From Malacoraja senta (taxonomy: Eukaryota): a DNA stretch of 64,000 nucleotides. The stretch is taken from contig CM075990.1 of NCBI GenBank assembly GCA_038087875.1, forward strand, positions 6,698,001 through 6,762,000. The letters are read 5' to 3'. Within the stretch, counting starts at the first letter, position 1. Every line of letters begins with the position of its first letter. The position numbers were made by a program, and so were the translations under genes. This document shows positions 24,056 through 35,495 of the stretch, one piece after another. Under the pieces are notes generated by a model. It had not been told where the DNA came from. It did no database searches and saw only the letters and a program-made list of their open reading frames with translations.

Positions 24056-24084
24056 TAACGTTTCGGGCCGAAACCCTTCTTCAG
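24056..24084 (-). ncRNA. Minimal hammerhead-like core in a Penelope-like repeat (23962-24087)
   Basis: Minus strand CTGAAGA-A-GGGT-TTCG-GCCC-GAAACGTTA. Confidence 0.55.
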
Positions 24085-24414
24085 ACTGCAGTTGGTTTGG
24101 TGTTGCAGATTGTCCTTCAACAGGAGTTTAAATAAACTTTACTGACAGTCGACTCTTTTTATTTGCAGGAAAGTGATTGGAATGGTGTGAGCCACGATTG
24201 AGAAAGGACAGAAAGAGAGAGTATTGTTACCCACTCCTGGGTTATGCTGTGCTTCACCTAGTTAGCAGAGCCAATGTTTGTCTTTAAGTACTTATAAGGG
24301 CGATATTCCAGATATCCCGTTTTTTTAGTGTTTACTAAATATCATTGGCACAAATTCTGAACCACACTGAATCAAATCGGTCTTTACTGTCTTTACCTTG
24401 CAGTAACCTTTACC

Positions 24415-24645
24415 TTACCTGGGGCTTCAACATCGGGAGAAAAAATGGTGCAGGGGAGAGAAAAGACTTTGCCTTCCATCACAGTGAGGAGGAGATTCAC
24501 TGTGATGGATGTTTTTCTGTAGATTGAATTGTCTGTGTGTCGTGTAGGAATTGTTTTGTTTGTATGGCTGTGGAAATGGAATTTCGTTTGAGCCTCTTTG
24601 AGGTTCAAATGACAATAAAATCTATCTATCTATCTATCTATCTAT
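24415..24645 (+). mobile_element. 3' end of a non-autonomous retroposon with (tcta)n tail, nested in a Rex-Babar UTR
   Basis: Hairpin ccatcacagtga...tcactgtgatgg; aatgacaataaa followed by (tcta)n; related to 26430-26620. Confidence 0.6.
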
Positions 24646-25060
24646 TTTCTTATCATGTATCTGTACACTGTAAATGGCTCGATTGTAATCATGTATTGTC
24701 TTTCCGCTGACTGGTTAAGATGCAACAACAACTTTTCACTGTACCTTAGTACACGTGACAATAAACTAAACTGAAATGAATACTTTGGACCTAGAAGGTT
24801 TCTACTTGAACCAAAGCACTTTATTTATATCCAACTCACCCACACCAGTGATTTCAGAGGCTTATAGGATTCACACCTTAGCCTAATTTGACTTGTCACT
24901 TTTAATTAAGATCCTGTGTGCTTCAAAGGAATATGTTCGGATTCTGTCTGCATGGTAAATAAGAAACTCAGCTGTGTTTGTTGAATGTAATACCACAATA
25001 GACCCTACAATGCCACCTCTTCCCCACATTACATTGTGCCCTCTACACTTTCATCCAGCA

Positions 25061-25365
25061 GGGTGGCACGGTGGCGCAGTGGTAGAGTTGCTTGCAGCGC
25101 CAGAGACCCGGGTTTGATCCCGACTACAGGTGCTATCTGTACGGAGTTTGTACTGTACTTTCTCCCCGTGTCCTGCGAGGGTTTACTCCGAGATCTTCAG
25201 TTTCCTCCCACTTTCCAAAGACGGGCAGGTTTTACGTTAATTGGCTTGGTGTAACTGTAAATTGTCCCGAGTGAGTGTTGATGTGCGGGGATCGTTGGTC
25301 GGTGCAGACTCAGTGGGCCGAAGGGCCTGTTTCCGCGCTGTATCTCTGAACTAAACCAAACCAAA
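25061..25365 (+). mobile_element. HE1/V-SINE-like SINE
   Basis: Full head, body and tail. Confidence 0.9.
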
Positions 25366-25874
25366 TTGTACCTGCTCATTTTGTCTCTGGTTTCTGGCAA
25401 GGCAACTTTTTCCTGTTTGGTTAAGCAATGCTTGCTTTTGGTGTTATGGGTTAATTCTTCACTTAATAACTGCGAGCCAGCTTCAACTACCAACATCTGT
25501 TGGTTTTTAATCTTTCTCGAGGTATGAAGGAACCCAAAACCGCACCCAAAGGACAACCAGAAATCCCAAAGGAGTGCAAAATGACTTTTCTGTTCCAAGT
25601 GATAAAAACAAAAGTAATGAGACTGAGCAATTAGTAATGTGGTGTAGTATTGATGACTTGGTAATGTACAACAGAAAGCCAAGTATAAATTGGGAGAGCA
25701 AGTATAAATTGGGATTTAAATGCAAAGCTGACTTTATTTATTTTTATTTATGCATTTTCTGGGCTCCAGGCATTGTGAGCATGGCTAGTATTTATTGCTC
25801 CTCCCTAATTGCTTTTGAGAAGCAGGGGGTGAGCTTCCTACTTGAACTGCTACATCCTTCTGGTGAAGGTTCTC

Positions 25875-26305
25875 CCGCAGGGCAGCACTTCACGCTGCCC
25901 GGGAAAAGCAGCCGACACAATCAGAGACTTGTCCCTCCCCAGTTGTTCCTTCTTCTCCCCACTCCCATCCAGCAGAAAATACAGATGTTTGTAAGTGCAC
26001 ACCACCAGACTCAGAAACAGCTTCATCCCCTCTGTTATTAGGCTGCTGAACAGCCCTTCCTTAAGCTGGGGTACTGTCTGATTCACCTCTACCACATTGC
26101 GGACTTTGAACTTTGTCTCTGGAACTGATGCGCTACAATGCTGAGAAGTATATTCTGCACTCTGTACCTTCCCTATTGCTCTATCTATTGTACTTGACTT
26201 TGACGATTGGATTTATGTATGGTATCTTGTATCTGTTTGGAAAGCATGCACACCTTTTTGCTGTATCTTGGAACGTGTGATAATAATAAATCGAAACTTA
26301 AACCA
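25875..26305 (+). mobile_element. Rex-Babar-like fragment(s)
   Basis: ..TTRLRNSFIPSVIRLLN ORF end and UTR from about 25955; the preceding part reads in the opposite orientation. Confidence 0.65.
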
Positions 26306-26429
26306 AAACTGGTTGGGTAGGGATTTTTAGGTCTTAGACCAAGTGTTGATAAAAAACTGGAAAATGAAACAAGTCTATCATGAACCATCTATGGTTGGTA
26401 TGGACTTGATGGACTGAAGAGGCTGTTAC

Positions 26430-27607
26430 TGTCAATAGTCAATAGTCAGATTTATTCATCACATACACAATGAAGTGCAGTGAAATGAACTTGCCAGCAG
26501 CAGTACAATAATAAAGAACACACAATACACAATAAAAATTTAACACACAAACATCCACCACAGCATTCATCACTGTGGTAGAAGGCACAAAGTTCAGTTA
26601 GTCCTCCTCCATTTTCCCCCGTGGTCGGGACCACAAACCTCCGCACTCGCCGCTGCGGGCGGCCAGATGTACAGGCCCTCTCGTCTGGAAGGGTAAGTCC
26701 CGAATCGGTGCTTCCCAACCGGAGACCGCGGCTTCAAGATGAGGTAGGCCGCGGGCCAGCGGTCGGAGCTCTTCTCCTCCGGGGTCCCCAACGAGGGATC
26801 CCAGGCTCCGGACGCCACGCCAGCTGGAAGTTCCGCAGACCGCGGCTTCAGGATGTAACAGTCGGCGAGCCAGCGTTCGGAGCACTCCCTTCCGGCGACC
26901 CCCGGCGAGGGCTCGCCCGCTCCGCGTTGAAAAGTTCACACTGCGCCCGCTGCTGAAGCTCCGGGCCCGACTCCGGGAAAGGCCGCACCAATCCTTGTTG
27001 TTAGGCTGCGAGGGAGGCGGCATGGAAAGAGTCCCCCCTCACCCCCCCCCCCCTCACCACCCCCCCCCCCACACAAGACACACCGAGAAACATAGAAACA
27101 TAGAAAATAGGTGCAGGAGTAGGCCATTCGGCCCTTCGAGCCTGCACCGCCATTCAATATGATCATGGCTGATCATCCAACTCAGTATCCCGTACCTGCC
27201 TTCTCTCCATACCCCCTGATCCCTTTAGCCACAAGGGCCACATCTAACTCCCTCTTAAATATAGCCAATGAACTGGCCTCAACTACCTTCTGTGGCAGAG
27301 AATTCCAGAGATTCACCACTCTCTGTGTGAAAAATGTTTTTCTCATCTCGGTCCTAAAGGATTTCCCCTTTATCCTTAAACTGTGACCCCTTGTCCTGGA
27401 CTTCCCCAACATCGGGAACAATCTTCCTGCATCTAGCCTGTCCAACCCCTTAAGAATTTTGTAAGTTTCTATAAGATCCCCCCTCAATCTCCTAAATTCT
27501 AGCGAGAAACATTAAAACAAACATTTGGACATACTAAAGAAATAAAAAAAGTAGAAATGACTAACACGCTGCTGGCAGGGCAGCCGGCTCGCAGCGCCCC
27601 CCACCGA
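26430..27607 (-). mobile_element. GC/CpG-rich non-autonomous retroposon with Rex1-like 3' tail, interrupted by CR1
   Basis: Minus-strand end catttcactgcac...gtgtatgtgatgaataaa followed by (tgactat)n; no credible ORF. Confidence 0.6.
27094..27502 (-). mobile_element. Young 5'-truncated CR1 LINE
   Basis: Open frame RGDLIETYKILKGLDRLD..FFTQRVVNLWNSLP..FKRELD; 10-bp TSD cgagaaacat (27084-27093, 27503-27512). Confidence 0.92.
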
Positions 27608-27921
27608 CCAATGTGCTGTATGACTCTATGAGTATCAGACTTGGAGTTATGAATGGGTCTTTGCTCACAGCCCATGGTGTTTGAAGTGTGGTGTAGACTG
27701 ATCTTCACGGTGGATAACCAATTAAAAAACGAACTAACTATATCACCAACTAAAAAAGACACAAAATGCGTTAATAACTCGGCGGGACAGGCAGCATCTC
27801 TGGAGAAAAGGAATAGATAACGTTTTGGGTCGAGGGTTTCCACCCAAAAAGTCACCCATTCCTTTTCTCCAGAGATGCTGCCTGTCCCGCCGAGTTACTC
27901 CAGCAGTTTGTATCTATCTTC

Positions 27922-28239
27922 CCCCACAGTGGTGGTCATTGTGGGGGGATGATTTTGTGTGCTGTGCCTGTCAGTCCATGTACAAGATGGCGGTCGGAGG
28001 GGAGAGTGGACGCTGGCGCGATTTGGCTGCCGCTGCTCTCTCCTCAAATTGTGTTTCCTATTTTCTTTTGGTGCTCTTGAAATTGAATTCTGTCCTTGAT
28101 TTGTGTACTGTGGTGTTATTATATTTAATTTATTCCGATTATGTGTTTTGTATTTTTTTTGTGATTCTATGCATTGTAAGGTGTCCTTGGGTTTTAGAAA
28201 GGCGCCAGTAAATAAAATGATTATTATTATTATTATTAT
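27922..28239 (+). mobile_element. About 320-bp retroposon with L2-type 3' end and (att)n tail, inside a Penelope-like palindrome
   Basis: TSD tatcttc (27915-27921, 28240-28246); tgtaaggtgtccttg..gaaaggcgcc..aaataaa(att)n; caagatggcgg near the 5' end. Confidence 0.75.
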
Positions 28240-28867
28240 TATCTTCGGTGTAATTCGGCATCTGCAGTCCCTGCCTTCACTTGTTTTTCCAGCTGCTTTT
28301 TCTTATCCCCAACAAGCTGCAGAAAGCCCTCCCGCAGTCGCCTGTTCCGTTGCTCTTCCTTCTACTGGGCTGGCTTGGGCCTGGCAACAAATGCACGGTA
28401 AAGTAATCAGGCTGGTGCGTTGCCAATGAAACATCCAGATGATGGCGCCTCAGCCAGGCTGGTTTGAATATATTACGGAGAGCTCTGTGATGCACCATTG
28501 GGCCGATTGTGGAGAAAGCTTCAATGCCATTGTTGTGATGGAAGGCAGATGCTGAAAGCTTCCACCCTAAAGTTTCAACGGGGAACAATGACATGGAGTT
28601 TGCGAGGCTGTAACTCAGCCACGATCAGGTTCCTGAGGTTCAGTGACCTTTAGTATAATGAATAGCTCCTCCATTTTGATGAATGTGTACACAGAAGGGT
28701 CACCGGCTGCTCCTATTGTTCCGAGCTCTTTGTGATTAAATTATCCTGCCTGCTCAGTGACTCGTTCATTCCCGTTTTCTGGCATGACCCAGTACTGAAT
28801 TCCCTCCCGCCTGGCTGTGGCCTACTTCCCCCTCTGTTGCCGCTTCCTCTCAGCCTTGTTTTCACAG

Positions 28868-28979
28868 CGAGAGTGTGCACCGCAGGGGACTCATCGCAGA
28901 AGCCTTCAAAGAGCCGCAACGATCCACTCTCACTGACGGCTCTGGCGGAAATGCGACGGCAGCTGATGCTGGGGAGGAG
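28868..28979 (+). other. Candidate 112-bp exon of an unidentified host gene
   Basis: Long polypyrimidine acceptor ...ccttgttttcacag| and donor gag|gtaagg; non-repetitive and CpG-retaining; two frames open. Confidence 0.4.
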
Positions 28980-29236
28980 GTAAGGAGCAGCTGAGACATC
29001 CCGGCTCAGCGTCTTGGCAGTCAGACATCTTGGGAGTCTTGACTCCGTCCCACGAGCAGACACAATCCGTCACGTCCTCAGAGCTGGCCGTGGATAGACC
29101 TAGGGGAAAGACCCAAAGCTTGTATTCAAAGGACAACCAGAAATCCCAAAGGAGTGCAAAACGACTTTTCTAAGTCGTAAAGAAAAGGTATTGAGACTAT
29201 TGAGACAATTAGTAATGTGGTGCAGCAATGATGACT

Positions 29237-29436
29237 NNNNNNNNNNNNNNNNNNNNNNNNNNNNNNNNNNNNNNNNNNNNNNNNNNNNNNNNNNNNNNNN
29301 NNNNNNNNNNNNNNNNNNNNNNNNNNNNNNNNNNNNNNNNNNNNNNNNNNNNNNNNNNNNNNNNNNNNNNNNNNNNNNNNNNNNNNNNNNNNNNNNNNNN
29401 NNNNNNNNNNNNNNNNNNNNNNNNNNNNNNNNNNNN
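29237..29436. other. Assembly gap (200 N)
   Basis: Run of N. Confidence 1.
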
Positions 29437-30157
29437 CTGGCAGGGCGTATTGTTATAGACCTGTCTTCAACTGACATGCAGAGTATGGGCCTAACTGAAG
29501 GGCGGAGCAGGCTCAAGGGCCCGAATGGCCTATTTTTGGTCTGTCTTCCCATGTTTCTTTCTCTTATTACAATCACCATAAAAGAATATTTCTGACCTTA
29601 ACTCCAGGTAAGAAAAAAAAAAAAATGGAAAAAGTCACCCAGAGTCAGGAAGTAGGGGGTGTGGGGGGGGGGGGGAGCTGAGTGGAGCCTCCGACGCCAT
29701 ATAGACAGCCGGCCATTTGTACTCAGACAGGGCTAAGATACAATCAAAACACAGAGGTACACGCAGCTCACCAGGCTGCAGATTCAGAAACTGTAAAACC
29801 TTTCCTGTTCCAGTAAATATTTTCACTTGCTGTAAATGCATGGAAACATATGCGGAGTGGACTCCCAGGAGAGTGGGAAAGCTAAAAGAATAGAACTCTT
29901 GTTTCATGACTGTAATCCAACTAGGTCAGGAGGAAGCTGATATCCTTAATTGCCATCCTAAACAATGCAGCCCTTACCTGGCTGACACTTTTAAAAGCAG
30001 AGGAATGGTGCTGCCTATTTGTAATGTTTAAGGGCAGCGGCAGCTAAGTCACTAGGCTTCCAACTGTCTAAAGTCACAGGGGCGGGGGGGGGGGGGCTTC
30101 TCTGTGTGAACAGACTCACTGGTCATCTCGGTGGGATAACACAGCGGTATGAATATT

Positions 30158-30750
30158 GAAGATAGGCCCCAAAATGCTGGAGTATCTCAGCCGCACAGGC
30201 AGCATCTCGGGGGAGAAGGAGTGGGTGAGGTTTCAGATCGAGACCCTGCTTCAGACCGTGAGTCAGGGGACAGGGAATCTAGAGATATGGAAGGGTTAAG
30301 TGCAAAAGCGACAAATCAAAGCAGGTGAGATGTAGAACGGTTCATTGTTAGCTGAGGGGAAGGTGACAACACGTACAATTAGTAATATTTAATTGGGAGG
30401 ACAGGAGAACTAGTTGGAGAACTATTGGTTTCTCTAATTTCAAGTAACTCTTGTATTCCCTCCCTTTCCGCTGCTCCCCCACCCTAGATGTCCTGCTAGT
30501 TCCGCTGTTCGTATCCATATAGCACTTCGTTATCACCTCTTCCACAGGCAACAATGAACCATTGTGGGCTCTACCTTTCCTTGGTCATCGGTGCCAGCTC
30601 TGATTTGTTCTGATCCTTTTCATACCTCTAGTTTCCCTTTCCCTTGACTCGCATTCTGAAGAAGGGACTCAACTCGAAATGTCACCTATCCCTTTTCTCC
30701 AGAAATGCTCCCTGACCCACTGAGTTACTCCAGTACTTTGTGTCTATCTT
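30158..30750. mobile_element. About 590-bp Penelope-like inverted repeat
   Basis: 30158-30420 approximates the reverse complement of 30490-30750; centre tttctctaatttcaagtaa (FSNFK*) and nearby agcggtatgaatattga (SGMNI) resemble a Penelope GIY-YIG ORF end. Confidence 0.7.
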
Positions 30751-30792
30751 AGGTGGGATCTGTCCAGTGCGACTGCCCAGTACGACTTGCAC

Positions 30793-31068
30793 AGTCTTTT
30801 ACCCACAGTAGGGGAATCAAGGACTAGGTTTAAGGTGATAGGGGAAAGATGTAATTTGAACCTGGGGGCACCTTTTTCACTCAGAGGGTGGTGGGTATAT
30901 GGAATGAGCTGTCAGAGGGGGTAGTTTAGACAGGTACAATAACAACATTGAAAAGACACTTGGACAGGTACATGCGTAGGAAAGGTTTGGAGGAATATGG
31001 ACCAAATGCGGATAAATTGGACTAGTTTAGATGGGGCATCTTGGTTGGCATGGACAGGCTGGACCAAG
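30793..31068 (+). mobile_element. CR1 3' end (tail resumes at 32162-32200)
   Basis: tttttcactcagagggtggtgggtatatggaatgagctg; tail split by the hAT-like insertion. Confidence 0.85.
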
Positions 31069-32161
31069 TAGCAATGTTACAACATTTTGAGATTTTAAAA
31101 ATCAAGTCTGCAATTTATCCCATCAGATAAAGCATAAAAAGAAGTTTAATTTGACACCTAATTCACTTTCATATCTCCATCAGATAAAGCATAAAAAGAA
31201 GTTTAATTGACACCTAATTCACTTTCATATCTTCAGTATTAAAACAGTTATGGCCATTTGCATACTCGGAAATTAGCATCTTGTTCCCTATTGCTTTTCC
31301 ATTGACTTAACACAAAAGCTGTGATCGAGGACAGTCAAAAGCCCATAACTTTCTTAAAAATTAAGAGAACGGAAAGACATTTTCAGTTATTATAGATTGA
31401 AGCATTCTGAAACAAATATGAAACAATCTTACTTAGATGACCTGAAATTAAAGCATATAATTAGTTAGTTACTAATTGTAGCTAATTACAACATTCAATT
31501 ACTAGATCTAAACATCTATCCATTTCTTAAGAAAAGATTAACATTTTAAATAGCCTAAGTGTCCAAATAATATTCACACAAGAATTCACAATATAACATG
31601 ATTTTTAAATCTCCTTGTCATGAATTTATAGGCCAAATGGAAGGAATTTAGTGTTTAATTCCCGCTAAATTAATGGCCATTTAAATCATCTTGCGAGTGG
31701 AATTTGTGGAACGCGATCGTTTGGAACGTTGCGGTTTGCGGTGAATTTAAACCCATATCGGCAGGAGAAACACTGCCGGTTCGTATGGGGCCTAAATCAC
31801 CTTTTCGCAACGTAAAATTTGGATTAAAGTAATCCTAAGAAGCAAGTTTATATGTAAGATAAACGGCTTACCTTTATTTGTCCCGTACGGGAGATCCGTC
31901 CCGTTGTCGGCGGTTGACGGCGTTCGAAGTCGATTTTTATTTTACTCCTGTGATGAAATTGTCAGCGATGTTTTTTAAAAATTTCAGAGAACGGATGTCG
32001 GAGCAATTTTTCTGCAGCAACTGAACAGATCTGAGATAGATCGAATCTGACAGGCAGGAGAAAACGGCATTTTAAACCGCCCCCTCTCAAGGCGCAAAGC
32101 CGCGCACACGGCCAGTGGCAGAACTGCAGTGCCGCTGAAGGTAAGTTTTGTAACATACCTA
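31069..32161. mobile_element. 1.09-kb non-autonomous DNA transposon, hAT-like
   Basis: Imperfect TIRs tagcaatgttacaacatt / aagttttgtaacataccta; degenerate 7-8-bp TSD ggaccaag / ggccaag; interrupts a CR1 tail. Confidence 0.7.
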
Positions 32162-32539
32162 GGCCAAGGGCCTGTTTCTGAGACGCATCACTCTATGACT
32201 GGACAGGAAAGGGCACCTAATGATGGGAGTATACCTGTGGATGAGACTGAGTGAGTGGAAGCACTTGTGCCTTGTGTTGGCACATTTCACAACTGTATGT
32301 AGAGTCCAGGAAGGCATGCTCTGGGTAATATCAGACATGATGAAACATTGGACTCCTTACAAGTGAAATCACAAAATAAATGAGTGAAACCTTATTGTCT
32401 GAAATGTTAAATCTCTTTCTCTCTCCCGAGGTGCTGCTTGACCTGCTGAGCATTCCCCTTTTTCTGCTTTTGTGCCAAGTTTCCAGCATTTGTGTTTGTT
32501 TGCTTTTCAACTTGCAAAAAGCTATTCAGCCAGCCAGTT

Positions 32540-33002
32540 CAGTTAGTTTAGTTTGTTCGGTTCGGTTCGGTTCGGTTCGGTTCGGTTTGTTCGGTCGTTC
32601 GGTTCGGTTCGGTTCGGTTCAGTTCAATTCAGTTCAGTTTAGTTTAGTTTAGTTTAGTTTAGTATAGTTCAGTTCAGTTTAGTCTAGTTTAGTTTAGTGT
32701 ACAGCATGGAAACAGGCCCTTCGGCCACAAAGTCCACACCGAACATCAACCACCACTTCACACTAGTTCTATGTTATCCACTTTCTCATCCACTCCCTAC
32801 GCACTAGGGGCCATTACAGGGGGCAATTAACCTACAACCCACACGTCTTTTGGACGTGCAAGAAAAGTGGAGCACCTGGAGGAATGCACGTGGTCACAGG
32901 GAGTATGTGGAAACTCCACACAGACAACACCGCGGTCAGGATCAAACCCGGGTCTCTAGTGCTGTGAGACAGCAGCTCTACCAGCTGTCCCACTGTGCTG
33001 CC
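32540..33002 (-). mobile_element. HE1/V-SINE-like SINE with expanded (gttta/gttca/gttcg)n tail at 32540-32698
   Basis: Family sequence on the minus strand; pentamer array visible. Confidence 0.85.
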
Positions 33003-33146
33003 CTAATAGTTACGCTTTGTGGAGTTACCAGTCAGACTCTTCTTTTTCTCTATAATACACCAGTTCTTTTACCTTCAATATGTATCCAATTCTGTTTTCA
33101 AGGGCACAATTATAAGGGCAGCAGAGTGGCACAGAGAGAAGAACAT

Positions 33147-33441
33147 GGTGGCACAGCAGTAGAGTTGCTGCCTTACAGCACCAGAGACGCAGGAACAATC
33201 CTGATTACAGGTGCAGGCTGTGTGGAGTTTGTACGTTCTCCTGTGATCACCTGGGTTTTCTCCAGGTGCTTCGGTTTCCTCCTACATTCCAAAGACGTGC
33301 AGGCTTGTAGGTTAACTGGCTTCTGTAAATTGTCCGTATGTGTGTAGGTAGAACTAGTGTACAGGTTTAGTCGACGTGGACTCGGTGGGCCCAAGGTCCT
33401 GTTATCAAACTGTATCTTTAAATTAAAATAAACTAAACTAA
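33147..33441 (+). mobile_element. HE1/V-SINE-like SINE
   Basis: Family head, body and tail. Confidence 0.85.
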
Positions 33442-34089
33442 ATCCACATCCACCATAGACCTAGGCAGTACATTCCAAATAGGTACATGCTGCATTAAGA
33501 AAAGGTGTTCTCTAATCTTTTTATTCATCACTTTAAATCTACTTCCCTTGATCTTTCTGCTCCATTAACTGGGAAAACTTACCTCCATTTTCCACATCCA
33601 AAGCTATCATTTTTTTGCATACCTTATTAAGCTTCTCTACTCTCGATACCTGTGGCCCAACAGAGAAAATGCTTCATCCTCAGGGCATTCAGTAGATCTT
33701 TCCTGCATCCAGGACTTGCACACCTTTTCCAAAGATGCAGTGATTGATTGGATGCAATAGTCTAACGGTCACCCAGCTAGTGTCTTGCAAAGGTACGCAT
33801 TAGTTTCTCCCTCTTGCTCGCCATCTCTGTTTACAAAGTCTAGCAAAGGCTGCAGCCACAGCATTTCACAAAGTAACTGGCTCATTTTACCACAATTACC
33901 AAAAAATGTACTTGATCCCATAATGAGTGAGGCGGTCATGAATGAAGTAATTCTATGCATGAAAATTTTAAATGCTGCAGAAATGTGCACTGCTTCAACC
34001 TGCCCTTTAGAAATGTCGATAAATCCGAAAGGTCTGGCAATGTTGAACAAAGGAAAAAAGGAAATATTATTTCTAATCGTCCTCAATTA

Positions 34090-34382
34090 GGCGCAGCAGT
34101 AGAGTTGCTGCCTCACAGCGCCAGGACCCAAGTTCGATCCTGACTAAGGGGTGCTGTCTGTACGGATTTTGTACGTTCTCCCGTGACTGCGTGGGTTTTC
34201 TCCGGGTGCTCCGGTTTCCTCCCAATTCAAAGACGCACACGTTTGTAGGTTAATTGTCTTCGGTAAAAATTGTAAATTGTCCCTAGTGTGTGGGATAGCG
34301 CTAGTGTACGGGGATCACCGGTCGGCGGGCACTCGGTGGGCTGAAGGCCTGTTACTGAGCTGTATCTCTATGCTAAACTAAA
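34090..34382 (+). mobile_element. HE1/V-SINE-like SINE
   Basis: Family head, body and tail. Confidence 0.85.
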
Positions 34383-34846
34383 TGTTGAACATGCAGTAAG
34401 CTGTACTCAAGGAGCAATTTATCCATGATGATTGAGAAGCGGAATCAATGGGCAATGTGACTTTTCTTGCTCTGTCTTATCATATTCATTGTCCGAACAT
34501 TATAGTTGATCTCTGTAGGAAGATGTAGGCTCATGGTTCAGTCTTTCAAAACAAAAATCTATCATGAAAAATCCTGGACAAAAATGCAACAGACCTAACA
34601 ATTAGCAGCAAAATTAGAAGCAAGGGAATAAAAGGAAAGCTGCCAAGTCAGGGTGTAGATGATGGCACCTCCTCATCTCTGAGCTGGAAGGTTGTGAGTT
34701 CAACTCCCACTACAGAGAGATGAGCACTAAATCTAGGCTGATTCATCAGTGTAGCATTAACATTGTCGTGGGTTGGAGAAGTTTTACATAAGGTGTCACC
34801 CTGTGCCCTCATGATGTTGTGCAGTGTAGATGTCCATATCCCAGAA

Positions 34847-34974
34847 CTTCTTCTACTTGCGTATGGCGTGCACAGCCTAAGTTGTAGGACAACTTGTTCT
34901 ATTTGATTGTGCACACAGGTTGATCGTGTTTGTCGAAACAGGCGGACCACGTGAAAGTTGCAATCTCCCACCCC
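34847..34974 (-). mobile_element. Short ribozyme-headed retroposon, family A (decayed copy)
   Basis: Colinear with 54513-54650; TSD atcccaga / atccccaga (34838-34845, 34975-34983). Confidence 0.85.
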
Positions 34975-35025
34975 ATCCCCAGATCAATATCACAAACAAA
35001 CAAAGAAAACAGATTACCGCAGCAC

Positions 35026-35340
35026 TGTGGCACAGCAATAGAGTTGCTGCCTTACAGCGCTTACAGCGCCAGAGACCCGGGATCGATCCCGACTACAGAT
35101 GCTGTCTGTACGGAGTTTGTACATTCTCCCCGTGACCTGCGTGGGTTTTCTCTGAGAACGGTTTCATTCCACAGTCAAAGACATACAGGCTTGTAGGTTG
35201 ATTGGCTTGGTATACATGTAAAATTGTCCCGAGTGTGTGTAGGATAATGTTAATGTGTGGGGATTGCGGATCGGTGCGGACTCGGTGCCGAAGGGCCTAT
35301 TTTCATGCTCTATCTCTCAACTGAACTAAACTAAACTAAT
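35026..35340 (+). mobile_element. HE1/V-SINE-like SINE
   Basis: Family head with ttacagcgc duplication, body and tail. Confidence 0.85.
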
Positions 35341-35495
35341 CATTGCAGTTTGTGGGATCTCCTGTATAAATTGGTTACTACACTTTATATAATGTACAAC
35401 AAATACACAATAAAAGTGTTTCCTTGTCTACAGTATAAAATAGGGAGGGACATCTTGGACGTGAAGAACATGAATGAGGGATTTTTTAAAAGTAA

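Larger units (their letters stand above)
34660..35470 (+). mobile_element. Old DeuSINE/SacSINE1-like element fragmented by younger insertions
   Basis: tctgagctggaaggttgtgagttcaactcccact..gagcactaaatctaggctga head; cattgcagtttgtgggatc..aaattgg 3' part; recognised from memory of the family. Confidence 0.5.

Noticed and set aside
25650..25731. C/D-box snoRNA (tgatga...ctga)
   Set aside because: Box C is imperfect, there is no convincing terminal stem or guide, and the paralogous region falls in the gap.
29100..29595. ORFs spanning the N run
   Set aside because: They are artefacts of the assembly gap.
33769..34090. Overlapping ORFs of about 100 aa
   Set aside because: No recognisable domain; they lie next to decayed CR1-like sequence and may be an ancient LINE remnant.
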